Source: an uncultured Gammaproteobacteria bacterium | GTDB lineage: Bacteria > Patescibacteriota > Patescibacteriia > Magasanikbacterales > GWA2-37-8 | Direction of reading: 5' to 3' | Assembly: GCA_964535515.1 (NCBI GenBank) | Contig: CAZHTA010000001.1 | Location: 49,707-113,706, forward strand | DNA: 64,000 bases | Shown here: piece by piece, positions 1 through 10,400 of the stretch | Numbering within the stretch: the first letter of the stretch is position 1 | How the letters are laid out: the number at the start of each line of letters is the position of its first letter | Program-made: the position numbers and the translations under genes | The notes under the pieces: generated by a model | Told to the model about the DNA's origin: nothing | Seen by the model: only the letters and a program-made list of their open reading frames with translations | Database searches by the model: none

Positions 1-757
1 CTCTTCCAATATCGCCAGTACTTAAAACATTAATTGAAAGATCGTCGTGAAAATTTGCTACATTTTTAGGTAAGTAGTGAGAAAAATCAACGCTCGCAAT
101 TACCAAACTACCCATTGGTAAAACCTCATACAATTTCGAAGCTAACCCATCTACCAAATCATCATTTTTTACATTCTTAACTATCAAAGGAACAATTTCC
201 GTACTTGGCCAAGTGTTTTTAATAAACGCCGTTAAAGCACCAATACTATGTTCTTTGGTTAAAGCCGCGTCATCAAGACTAACCAAATTGCTCGATACTA
301 ATGAATCAATAATTTGTGAATTAGAAGACAAAACACCCACTTCTGTTTTCCATCCTAACTTGGAAGATAAAATAAAACTATTACCCGCTTGAAAATGATT
401 TGGTCCAATCACCACTACCACTGGTGGACGTAAATTTTTCATCACCCCAAAAACACCCGCCATATAATTACCAGCCACCAAATGATGTGGTAATACCAAT
501 GACATTATCGTGCCCGACGGTGCAATGGTTGGTCGTGGATAATCAAAAAAATCCTTGTACATCTCTTCTGGAGCAAAGATAGCCGGAATAACATCAGTTG
601 AATTTTGATTGACTGTTGCTGCTAAAACCGGTTCTGGCAATTCCTTGGTATATTTGCCAATTTCCGGACCAAACCAAAAACCCAAGGCTCCTGCACCAAA
701 AGCCAAGCAAACACTCAATATTAAAAAAGCTGCTTGTTTAAATCTCATATATCCCAT
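1..757 (-). CDS. AmmeMemoRadiSam system protein B / MEMO1-family protein, 5' part (gene runs off the window start)
   Basis: Manual minus-strand translation from ATG at 757 (alt 748): MGYMRFKQAAFLILSVCLAFGAG...SLVLPHHLVAGNYMAG...VVVIGPNHF, motifs typical of Memo-like proteins. No stop before the window edge, so it is absent from the ORF track. Confidence 0.5.
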   Translation of the reverse strand, partial: MGYMRFKQAAFLILSVCLAFGAGALGFWFGPEIGKYTKELPEPVLAATVNQNSTDVIPAIFAPEEMYKDFFDYPRPTIAPSGTIMSLVLPHHLVAGNYMAGVFGVMKNLRPPVVVVIGPNHFQAGNSFILSSKLGWKTEVGVLSSNSQIIDSLVSSNLVSLDDAALTKEHSIGALTAFIKNTWPSTEIVPLIVKNVKNDDLVDGLASKLYEVLPMGSLVIASVDFSHYLPKNVANFHDDLSINVLSTGDIGR

Positions 758-851
758 ATTTTACTCTAAAAAAAGATAAAAAACAACCCTTTAAAACCGT
801 GCTTCTAACAAAAACCTACCACGCATTCTCCCTTCTCTTTCTCCAATAATT

Positions 852-905
852 TTAGAGAAAAAGAAGGCGGCATGGTAGGCTCTGTCGATAACATTCGCCG
901 CCCTT
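852..905 (-). terminator. Rho-independent terminator after the zinc-ribbon gene
   Basis: GC hairpin aagaagggcggc...gccgccttctt followed by a T-run on the minus strand. Confidence 0.4.
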
Positions 906-906
906 C

Positions 907-1122
907 TTACTCATACTTTGGCCTGAGATAGCCACAGTGCGGACACTTCTCGATCGACGAGAGGTGGATACGAGTAAGAGTTGCACACCCACAGATCCAC
1001 AACCTGCAGACGTGGGTTTCCCACTTACCGTGTTTAACCGCACTTTTCCCTCCTCCGAGCAAACGGGCGATGATCTCATCCACCGAGGGCGACACCTTGT
1101 CTTTCCCTTGTGTGTCGGTCAT
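907..1122 (-). CDS. small zinc-ribbon protein (71 aa), high-GC island 1
   Basis: ORF with AAGGAGG SD 5 nt upstream of ATG. CxxxxCxC...CPHCG cysteine pattern. About 58% GC versus about 37% backbone. Confidence 0.55.
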   Translation of the reverse strand: MTDTQGKDKVSPSVDEIIARLLGGGKSAVKHGKWETHVCRLWICGCATLTRIHLSSIEKCPHCGYLRPKYE

Positions 1123-1186
1123 TTTGTCCTCCTTTGGACAAGATGGTTATCTGCCTCTACCTTAGTCCAAAAAGAAATGACTGTCA

Positions 1187-1346
1187 AACAAAATAAAAAC
1201 ACGAACGCCGCCCCGGGTGGGACGGCGGTGTTTCTGGAATTTAGAAAGACAGGACAATGTCCACGATGGACATCAGGATGGCAGTGCCGGCGGGGATATA
1301 GAAATTATCCCATTTACCGCCTAACACCTCAAAGACAGGGGCAGAG
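1187..1346. repeat. Direct repeat copy 1 (about 160 bp, near-identical to 2673-2832): a displaced terminator plus the 3' end of the membrane-protein gene
   Basis: caaaataaaaacacgaacgccgccccgggtgggacggcggtgtttctgg...gacaggggcagagc occurs twice with 2-3 mismatches. This copy diverges right after ggggcagagc, so it is an orphan 3' gene fragment plus terminator. Confidence 0.85.
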
Positions 1347-1408
1347 CCTCGAGGAATAGAATCATTTAAAAACACAACTCCCGTCATAAAGACGAGAGCA
1401 TGAAGAGA

Positions 1409-1564
1409 CTAGCTGCACGCGAACCGATCGTTGCTGTTCCAGTCGTTGCTCTCCCAATTGAAGTTCAGCACCCAGCGATCGCCGTTGAAGTAGAGGTAAG
1501 CGACATGGCGATTACCGTCCGAGTTGCGCAAAATATGCAATGCGTCTTCCGTGACACCACCCAT
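1409..1564 (-). pseudogene. orphan 51-aa ORF paralogous to the C-terminus of the 184-aa protein at 1884-2438
   Basis: About 120 bp at 1405-1530 is about 80% identical to 1900-2020. Minus-strand translation MGGVTEDALHILRNSDGNRHVAYLYFNGDRWVLNFNWESNDWNSNDRFACS versus the 184-aa C-term GRHVAYLFFDGVRWVLYFSWEGFDWYSDDRFACS. Intact ATG..TAG, but below the ORF-track length cutoff. Confidence 0.45.
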
Positions 1565-1883
1565 CGAATACTCTCCGGGTTGAATAGAATTTGAAGACGT
1601 GATCTCCCTAACACATCACACCGAGTATCTTCATTTTATCACTTCAATCTTACTCTGCAGCAAGCCTTGGCCGACCACATTCCGAAGTTTGAAATGACGA
1701 GATTCTACACGCCCAAATCGTAACCAGGGCAGTGTCTGTAAAATCTGAATTAATTTTATCAAAATTTGACATAAAAGCAAAGACCCCCGTCCCAACATCC
1801 ACCTTGTGAGTGAACGCCGAGACGAGGGTCTGAGGAACCGAGGACCGGACAGTTGACGCCGAAGCGCCGAGTGTCCGAGTGAC

Positions 1884-2438
1884 CTAGGTTCCGAGAGACT
1901 CGCTGCACGCGAACCGATCGTCGCTGTACCAGTCGAAGCCCTCCCAAGAGAAGTACAGCACCCAGCGAACGCCGTCGAAGAAGAGGTAAGCGACATGGCG
2001 ACCACCGCCCGAGCCGCGCAACTTCGTGCCGGGCAACACAATGTATTTGCCCTGCATTTCCGTCGGGATCAGCTCGTCCTGGTGGTCGACCAAGTACTGG
2101 CCGTCGACCAGGCCGTAGTTGCCCTTCAGCACCACGGCGAGCCTGCGCATCGCCTTGGTGTTGCAGGACTCACCGGACTTGCAGAAGGGGACGAACGTGA
2201 TCTTCTTGCCCACGAAATCCGAGGGCTCGACGTCGTCCTCGACCGTGTACCCGTACTGGGCGGCGATGGCGTCGGACGGGAACGAGGGACGAGGCAGCTT
2301 CGTAACGGGCTGAGACGACACCCGCTCGACGATGAGCTTGCACTCACCGCGGAGTGCGGCGCGCGCGACATCCGTGCCGCCGAGCATGTTGAGGAGCGCC
2401 TCATCCTCTCCTCGACTCCAATCACTGTACTTTCCCAT
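1884..2438 (-). CDS. hypothetical protein (184 aa), high-GC island 1 cargo
   Basis: ORF with ATG at 2438. Non-biased amino-acid composition, unlike the overlapping antisense ORFs. No family recognised. Confidence 0.55.
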   Translation of the reverse strand: MGKYSDWSRGEDEALLNMLGGTDVARAALRGECKLIVERVSSQPVTKLPRPSFPSDAIAAQYGYTVEDDVEPSDFVGKKITFVPFCKSGESCNTKAMRRLAVVLKGNYGLVDGQYLVDHQDELIPTEMQGKYIVLPGTKLRGSGGGRHVAYLFFDGVRWVLYFSWEGFDWYSDDRFACSESLGT

Positions 2439-2672
2439 TTCGTGGACTCTCTTTCAGGGCTGAAAGCCCGAAAAGCAATTTGCCCCTGCCCGGGGCCCAG
2501 GTCTCCCTCTCATGAGAAGAGCTTTTGTGCCACTTATGAAAAATGACACCAAAGTTCTTCTGATGATTTTAACTAATTTGTTCACTAATTATATAAAGAA
2601 CCGCTTATTCTAAATCCTAGAATAACAAGAAATTATAGCAAAAAACAGAGAATTTGTCAAACTTCCCCACCA

Positions 2673-2832
2673 ACAAAATAAAAACACGAACGCCGCCCCG
2701 GGTGGGACGGCGGTGTTTCTGGAATTTAGAAAGACAGGACAATGTCCACGATGGACATCAGGATGGCAGTGCCGGCGGGGATATAGAAATTATCCCATTT
2801 ACCACCTAGCACCTCAAAGACAGGGGCAGAGC
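2673..2832. repeat. Direct repeat copy 2 (functional 3' end plus terminator of the membrane-protein gene)
   Basis: Near-identical to 1187-1346. Contains the stop of the 230-aa gene and a GC-rich hairpin followed by TTTTTATTTT on the minus strand. Confidence 0.85.
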
Positions 2833-3418
2833 ACACGCCTACCGTATACACGGTTACAACATGCCAGAACCCCAGTTCCACAGGAAAGAGCGGTGTAGCA
2901 AAGTGGTAGACCCCCACCCAGATTGCAGCGATGATTCCAACCCCCAATCCGAACAGCATGCCCCCGCGCGACTTACCGTTTTTAAAACGGGGCCCCATGG
3001 GAAAACGCTTGCCCAGCTTAGAGATCGGATCTACTACCCCCAACAGCAACCCAGCCAGCGCACAGATCCAGCGTGGACAGAAAACCCAAGCCACTGTACA
3101 CCCGAGAATCGTCTGAAGGGTAGTAGTCAAATCACCGCTCTTCTCGTTGTCCCTTGTGAAATGACTCACAAAGGCCGTGACCCGGTCAGCCCAGACAGCC
3201 GAGCTACGTTGCGCTGTCTTTCTAACCACCTCGACGGCAGAGAAGACAGACGCCACGATAATCAAAGCCGCCCAAACCACCTGGTTGCCATAGAACAACG
3301 GGTGGAGCACCAGCCAGGCCGAAAGCCCGACCAAGAAGTGGAGCAACCCGCGCTTCACTTCTGTCCCTGTCGACCACTTACCCCAATGGGTGAGGTGGTC
3401 TTGCCATTCCTTTTTCAA
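2726..3418 (-). CDS. polytopic membrane protein, CTP_transf_1-like (CdsA/dolichol-kinase/CarS superfamily) candidate
   Basis: 230 aa with multiple TM helices. C-terminal DPISKLGKRFPMGPRFKNGKSRGG resembles the S..KR..G.KD.G..GHGG motif of the cytidylyltransferase family. TTG start with GGGGGAGG just upstream. High GC. Confidence 0.5.
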   Translation of the reverse strand: MKKEWQDHLTHWGKWSTGTEVKRGLLHFLVGLSAWLVLHPLFYGNQVVWAALIIVASVFSAVEVVRKTAQRSSAVWADRVTAFVSHFTRDNEKSGDLTTTLQTILGCTVAWVFCPRWICALAGLLLGVVDPISKLGKRFPMGPRFKNGKSRGGMLFGLGVGIIAAIWVGVYHFATPLFPVELGFWHVVTVYTVGVCSAPVFEVLGGKWDNFYIPAGTAILMSIVDIVLSF

Positions 3419-3489
3419 TTCCTCCCCCTTTAAGATAAATGATCTGATTCAGTTTTATCACACTGCTCAAAAAAAATCAAGATTAAAAA

Positions 3490-3530
3490 AGACCCCGATT
3501 TTTTCGAGGTCTTTTACAAATATTGTATAT
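3490..3530 (-). terminator. rpoC terminator (bidirectional hairpin)
   Basis: aaaagaccccgattttttcgaggtctttt hairpin flanked by A and T runs, directly downstream of the rpoC stop. A near-identical copy lies at 42784-42814. Confidence 0.6.
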
Positions 3531-3535
3531 TTTGA

Positions 3536-6500
3536 TTACTGTTTAAAACCAGTACCGGCTGGAATTAAACGACCGATAATCACATTCTCTTTCAAACCTT
3601 CCAAGTAGTCAACTTTACCGGTAATGGCGCTGTTGATCAATACTTTAGCGGTCTCTTGGAACGAAGCTGAAGACAAGAAACTCTGAGTGGAAAGCGCAAC
3701 GCGAGAGATGCCTAAAAGCAATTCTCGAGCAGTTGCTAAAGTACCACCATTTTTCTTGGCCAATCGATTGGCAAACTCTAACTGAGATTTTTCTACCACT
3801 TCACCTGGCAACAACTCAGTTTCACCCGCATCTTCTACGTATACACGCGAGAACATTTGTTTGATCAAAAGCTCTACGTGTTTGTCGTTCACTTTCTGAC
3901 CTTGAGAGGAGTAAATATTCTGAATCTCTTCCAATACATAGCGTTGTACTGCTGGCCGACCAGAAAGCTCAAACAATTCTTGCAAACTAATACTGCCATT
4001 TGTCATGCGCTGTCCTTTTTCCGCGACATCACCTTCTTTGACTAACATCTTGTACCCGGTTGGCACGATGTATTCACGTATTTTTGGACCGACGTAAGAC
4101 AAAGTAATATTATTCTTAACAATTTTTACCTCACTGGTATATTTAGCAGTTACTTCTTCGCCAGTAGCACCACGCACTACTATCACCTGATCTTTTTGAA
4201 CAGTATCACCATCTTTAGCCATCACTTCGTCTTCAGCAGTAACCTTGATCTTTGTTTCATCCATACCTTCAAAGTGAACACGGATGATTTTCTGACCACG
4301 ACGACCTTCAAAAATCTTTTTACCACTAGCAGAAGTAACAATTTTTCCATCGGCATCTTCTACTTCAATCTTACCCGCTACCTCAGACAAAATTGCCTTG
4401 TGCTTTGGCATGCGATTTTCAAATAACTCTTCAACGCGTGGCAAACCTTGGGTAATATCGCCTCCACCAGCCACACCACCGGCATGGAAAGTACGCAAAG
4501 TCAACTGAGTACCTGGTTCACCGATAGACTGAGCAGCAATCGTACCTACCGCTGTACCAAATTCTACTGGACGGTTATGAGCCAAATCATTACCATAGCA
4601 CTTACGACAAACACCCTTTGGTAATTTACATTGCAAAACACTACGCACATGAACTGACTCAAGTTTGTTATCATCAATCAAACGAGCAGCTTCGTCGATA
4701 ATCACCTCACCAGTTTTAACAATCGTCTTACCATCAGCTATTACATCAGCTAAAGCATAACGACCCCAAACACGATCAGATAATTTTTCACCCATCTGCT
4801 TAGATTGTTCAACAGTAAATATTTCACCAGTAGTATCGCCACAGTCATCTTCCAAAACAACAACATCTTGAGATACATCTACTAAACGACGAGTTAAGTA
4901 ACCAGCATTAGCCGTGCGAAGCGCCGTATCAGACAAACCTTTTCTCGTACCGTGAGAAGAGATGAAATATTCCAATACATCAAAACCATCTTTGTAGTTA
5001 CCTTTTACTGGCAGCTCGATAACATCACCGGATGGTGATACCACCAAACCTTTCATACCGATGACCTGACCTAACTGACCCCAGGTACCACGCGCGCCTG
5101 AATCAATCATCGCAAACACTGGACCATTCTTGTCCAAAATCTCTTGGTTATGTGCCAAGATTTTTTCTTTAGCCGTAGTCCAGATTTCCAAAATCTTAGC
5201 ATAGCGCTCAGCTTGAGTTAACAAACCTTCTTGATATTGGTCTTCCAACTCACGAATCTGTTTGTCAGCCCCTTCCAAAATCGCTGGCTTTTCTACCACT
5301 GGTGGAAAATCAGCAAAGCCTAAAGAGTAACCAGATTTAGTAACATAGCGGAAACCAAGATTTTTCAATTCATCCAAGAAGTAAGCAGTTTCCTGTTGAC
5401 CATAGTACTCAAGACAATAACGGATGATCTCGGCCAATTTTTTAGTGTTAATAGTCTCGTTGTAATATTTTAATTTTTCCGGCAAAATTTCATTAAACAA
5501 GACGCGACCAATTGTAGTCTCGATTAATAATTTATCACCTTCAGCAAATTTATTCTTTGCTTCCACGATTTTAACATTAATACGTTCGTGCAAATCAATA
5601 CGTCGGACTTTGTAAGCCAACTTAGCATCACGCTCAGAGTAAAAATATTTCTTTACTTCACCAACGTCTTTGCTTTCCGTACGAGTTAAATAGTAACAAC
5701 CCAAAGCAATATCCTGTTTAGGAGTAATAACCGGCTGGCTAGTAGCAGGTTTCAAAAGATTCTTTTCTGCAGCCATTAGGTTATCTGCTTCCCAACGTGC
5801 TTCTGCGGTTAAAGGCAAATGCACAGCCATCTGATCGCCGTCGAAATCAGCGTTAAACGCTGTACAAACCAACGGATGCAAATGAATGGCCTTACCTTCT
5901 ACGAGACGAGGGTGGAAAGCTTGGATACCAAGACGATGCAAAGTAGGAGCACGATTCAAGAATACACGAGTAGTTCTAGTTAATTCTTCCAAAATATCCC
6001 ACACTTCATCATGTTCGCCTTCAATGAAACGAGAAGCCGAACGAACATTGTGCGCTAATTCACGTTTGATAATCTCACCGATGATAAACGGTTTGAAAAG
6101 TTCCAAAGCCATGCGTTTTGGCAAACCACATTCATCAATATTTAAAGTTGGGCCAACTACGATTACGGAACGGCCAGAGTAGTCAACACGTTTACCAAGC
6201 AAGTTCTGACGGAAACGACCCTGTTTACCTTTCAAGATATCAGCTAAAGAACGCAACTGACGTTTTTGACCAGTAGCGGCGATAACCGTTTTAGAATGAC
6301 GTGCGTTGTTATCAATCAAAGCATCAACTGCTTCTTGCAACATACGCTTCTCATTACGACAGATAACCTCAGGAGCATCCAATTCTAACAAACGACGTAA
6401 ACGATTGTTGCGGTTAATTACGCGACGATACAAATCGTTCAAATCAGAAGTAGCAAAACGACCACCATCTAACGCAACCATCGGACGTAAATCTGGCGGG

Positions 6501-7414
6501 ATCACTGGGATACAACGCATAATCATCCACTCTGGACGAATACCATTAACCGCTAAACTCTTTAATAATTTCTTACGACGAACCAAGCGCTCTAATTTAG
6601 CACCTTTAGATTTTTCCTGTTCAGTAGCAATCTGCTTGATTGTCTCTTCTAAATTAATTCTTTCGAGCAAACGATAAACACCTTCAGCACCAATCGCAGC
6701 TTCAAACAAATGACCAAAGCGTAAAGAAAGATCTTGATATTTATTCTCGGAAATAACCTTCATCATCTGAACCTCTTTCAAATCTTTGTCTGCCTGTTGG
6801 AAATCTTCTTCCAAAGATTTGTTTTTACGTTCGGTTTCTTCTTGAATAGCATTCAACGCTTCTTTGCCTAACTTCTGATCATTAGCATTTTTAATTGCTG
6901 TTTCATGATCACGCTCAATCTGTTTCTTTTTTGTTTTAAATTCTTGACGCAACAAATCAATTGTCTGCTTCTTGGCGTTCTCGTCAACATGCATGATGAT
7001 AAAAGCAGCAAAGTAAATAACTTTCTCTAATGCTTGTACCGACATGTCTAACACCAAACCAACTTTGGAAGGAACAGAACGTAAGAACCAAATATGCGAT
7101 ACTGGAGCAGCCAACTCAATATGGCCCATACGCTCACGACGAACGAGAGAAGTAGTTACTTCTACGCCGCACTTATCACAAACAATTCCTTTGTAACGGA
7201 TCTTCTTGTATTTTCCACAGTAACATTCCCAATCTTTGGTTGGACCAAAAATTTCTTCCGCAAACAAACCACCTTTTTCTGGTTTTTGTGTGCGATAGTT
7301 AATAGTCTCTGGTTTGTTCACTTCACCATATGACCATTCCCGAATTGTTTCAGGAGATGCCAAACGCAAGCGAATGGCGTCGAAGTCTATGGAACGAATA
7401 AGGTCTCGATTCAT
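3536..7414 (-). CDS. rpoC: DNA-directed RNA polymerase subunit beta'
   Basis: 1292 aa. N-terminal zinc-binding CYCGKYKKIRYKGIVCDKCGVEV and the NADFDGD catalytic motif. Confidence 0.97.
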   Translation of the reverse strand: MNRDLIRSIDFDAIRLRLASPETIREWSYGEVNKPETINYRTQKPEKGGLFAEEIFGPTKDWECYCGKYKKIRYKGIVCDKCGVEVTTSLVRRERMGHIELAAPVSHIWFLRSVPSKVGLVLDMSVQALEKVIYFAAFIIMHVDENAKKQTIDLLRQEFKTKKKQIERDHETAIKNANDQKLGKEALNAIQEETERKNKSLEEDFQQADKDLKEVQMMKVISENKYQDLSLRFGHLFEAAIGAEGVYRLLERINLEETIKQIATEQEKSKGAKLERLVRRKKLLKSLAVNGIRPEWMIMRCIPVIPPDLRPMVALDGGRFATSDLNDLYRRVINRNNRLRRLLELDAPEVICRNEKRMLQEAVDALIDNNARHSKTVIAATGQKRQLRSLADILKGKQGRFRQNLLGKRVDYSGRSVIVVGPTLNIDECGLPKRMALELFKPFIIGEIIKRELAHNVRSASRFIEGEHDEVWDILEELTRTTRVFLNRAPTLHRLGIQAFHPRLVEGKAIHLHPLVCTAFNADFDGDQMAVHLPLTAEARWEADNLMAAEKNLLKPATSQPVITPKQDIALGCYYLTRTESKDVGEVKKYFYSERDAKLAYKVRRIDLHERINVKIVEAKNKFAEGDKLLIETTIGRVLFNEILPEKLKYYNETINTKKLAEIIRYCLEYYGQQETAYFLDELKNLGFRYVTKSGYSLGFADFPPVVEKPAILEGADKQIRELEDQYQEGLLTQAERYAKILEIWTTAKEKILAHNQEILDKNGPVFAMIDSGARGTWGQLGQVIGMKGLVVSPSGDVIELPVKGNYKDGFDVLEYFISSHGTRKGLSDTALRTANAGYLTRRLVDVSQDVVVLEDDCGDTTGEIFTVEQSKQMGEKLSDRVWGRYALADVIADGKTIVKTGEVIIDEAARLIDDNKLESVHVRSVLQCKLPKGVCRKCYGNDLAHNRPVEFGTAVGTIAAQSIGEPGTQLTLRTFHAGGVAGGGDITQGLPRVEELFENRMPKHKAILSEVAGKIEVEDADGKIVTSASGKKIFEGRRGQKIIRVHFEGMDETKIKVTAEDEVMAKDGDTVQKDQVIVVRGATGEEVTAKYTSEVKIVKNNITLSYVGPKIREYIVPTGYKMLVKEGDVAEKGQRMTNGSISLQELFELSGRPAVQRYVLEEIQNIYSSQGQKVNDKHVELLIKQMFSRVYVEDAGETELLPGEVVEKSQLEFANRLAKKNGGTLATARELLLGISRVALSTQSFLSSASFQETAKVLINSAITGKVDYLEGLKENVIIGRLIPAGTGFKQ

Positions 7415-7438
7415 ATAATTAAAGGGTTAGTAGTTGAT

Positions 7439-10400
7439 TTAAACTGCTGGTGGTGGAACTGGACCACCACTTTGCATGTCATCCTTGTTCTCACCCTCTA
7501 CTGTTTCTTTAGCAACTACATACTCACCCGAATCAGAACGTTTCAATAATTCGACATCTAAACCTAGACCTTTAAGTTCGCGCACCAACACATTGAAAGA
7601 TTCAGGAATGTTGACACGACTAATTTGTTCACCTTTAACAATGGCCTCATAGGCTTTAGAACGGCCGGGCACATCATCAGATTTGATTGTTAAAATTTCT
7701 TGCAAAGTATGAGCGGCGCCGTATGCTTCCAATGCCCAAACTTCCATCTCACCAAAACGCTGGCCACCAAATTGCGCTTTACCACCCAATGGCTGTTGCG
7801 TAATTAAAGAGTATGGACCAATTGAACGCTGGTGGATCTTGTCTTCAACCATATGGTTCAACTTCAACATGTAGTTGTAACCAACGGTAATTTTGTGATC
7901 AAATGGTTCACCGGTTCTGCCGTCAAACAAACGTACTTGGCCATCTACCGGCAATCCGGCTTTGATTAACTCATCACGAATTTGATCTTCACTTAAACCA
8001 TTTAAAACTGGAGTAGCGATTTTGTATCCTAGTGCATTCGCAGCTAAACCTAAATGGGTTTCCAAAATCTGACCCAAGTTCATACGAGAGATAACACCAA
8101 GTGGTGACAAGATAATATCAATTGGGGTTCCGTCTTCGAGGAATGGCATGTCAGCCATTGGCACAACGCGTGAAATCACACCTTTGTTACCATGACGACC
8201 GGCCATTTTATCACCCACCTGAATTTTTCTCATGTCTGCCACCTTTACTTGAACTTGCTTAATTACACCTGGTTCCAATTTATCACCGGCTTCTTCGGAA
8301 AATACTTGAACACCGATTACTTTTCCATGTTCACCGTGTTCAAGATACAATGAAGAGTCACGCACATCGCGTGCTTTTTCACCGAAGATTGCGCGTAACA
8401 ATCTTTCCTCAGCAGATAATTCAGTCTCACCCTTTGGTGTGATTTTACCAACTAAAATATCACCGGATTTTACTTCAGCACCAATTCGGACAACACCTTC
8501 AGAATCCAAATTCTTTAATTTTTCTTCACTCACATTTGGAATATCAGAAGTTACAACTTCTGGGCCAAGCTTGGTTTCACGTACGTCGATTGTATAGTCT
8601 TCAATATGAATTGAAGTGTAGCGATCACTCTGTACTAAACCTTCAGAAAAAATTACCGCATCTTCGTAGTTGAAACCATCCCAAACCATGTAAGCAACCA
8701 ATACATTCTGACCCAAAGCCAATTCACCATTGTGAATACTTGGACCATCGGTTAAATATTGTCCCTTCTTTACTTTGTCGCCTACTTTAATTTCTAAATG
8801 TTGGTTAATACAAGTAGCTGCATTAGAACGGACAAACTTGTTTAATTGATAAGTATACAAATCACCTTTCTTGCCTTTCAAAACAATGTGACCACCGTCA
8901 GCTTCTACAATCTCACCATCTTCACTAGCAATAATCATGTGACCAGAATAGTGAGCAGCAGCTTTCTCTGCACCTGTACCAACCAATGGTGGCTCCGGTC
9001 GAATACAAGGAACAGCCTGACGCTGCATGTTTGTACCCATGAGGGCGCGCTGGCCATCATCATGTTCCATGAAAGGAATACAAGCTGTAGCCACACTAAC
9101 GATCTGACTAGAAGATACATCTAAATAATCCAAATCAATAGTTGCGGCGGTGCCTGGATTACCATGCACACGTGCCGGCACCATCTCATCAAGAAAATAT
9201 CCATTTTCATCAGTTCTAGTTTTAGCAGAAGCCGTCATTACTTTTTCTTCTTTAAAAGCAGAAAGATAAATAATCTCATTGGTTACACGTGGACGTACCG
9301 GAATTTTTTGTAATTTTGCTTTTGCTAATTTAGCGGCTATCTCTTTGGTAATTTTTGTACCATCCTTTACACCTTCGATATCACCACGCAAAATTTCACC
9401 TTCCAAAAATTCTGGCTTGTTTTCTACCTCACGCAAAACTTTGCGATATGGAGTTTCAATAAAACCAAATTCATTGATACGAGCAAAACTAGATAAGTGG
9501 TTAACCAAACCAATGTTCGGTCCTTCTGGAGTAGCAACTGGACAGATACGGCCATAGTGAGTGGTATGCACATCACGAACTTCAAAACTAGCGCGGTCAC
9601 GAGACAAACCACCTGGACCCATAGCAGACAAACGACGTTTGTGTTCTAACTCTGACAATGGGTTGTGTTGATCCATGAACTGTGACATTTGTGAACTCAT
9701 GAAGAACTCGCGAATCGCACTAGTTACTGGACGAGAGTTAATTAAACGATTCGGTGTTACCTGCTCCATGTCATAAGTACTCATACGATCCTTAGCAACA
9801 CGTTCCATACGAGCCAAACCAACACGGAAACGATTCTGTACTAATTCACCAACGGCACGAACACGACGGTTGCCTAGATGATCAACATCATCTGGTTCTT
9901 CTTGAGTAACATTCAATCGAATTACTTCTTTTAAAACTGCCAACAATTTGTCAGCTGACAAAACACGATTCTCTTTTTTATCATAATCTTCGTGCTGACT
10001 TGGAATATCAAATTTACTGTTGAATTTATAAACACCAACGCGACCCAAATCATATCTTTCAAAATTGAAAAACATTGCTTCGATCAAACTCTTAGCATTG
10101 TCAGCGGTTGCTAAATCACCCGGACGAATTCTTTTGTATACTTCGATAAAACCTTCGCTTTGATTCTTTGCTAAATCTTTTTTAATTGTTGCGTCCAAGA
10201 AATCAATATTTGGATGGTTGTTTACATCTTTAAAAAGCTCTTTCATCTTCTCATCATCCTCATAACCAAAAGCACGCAAGAGTGAAGTTGCGGCTACTTT
10301 ACGTTTACGATCAACCTTAATCCAAAGGGCATTGTTAGAATCAGTTTCTACTTCAATCCAAGCACCGCGATTCGGAATAATCTTAGCACCGTAATATCGG

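Noticed and set aside
1400-2546. Plus-strand ORFs 1400-1594, 1995-2546, 2119-2313 and minus ORFs 1631-2041, 2126-2425 in island 1
   Set aside because: Overlapping or antisense frames of the 184-aa gene and its paralog fragment, with junk composition (S/R/A/P runs).
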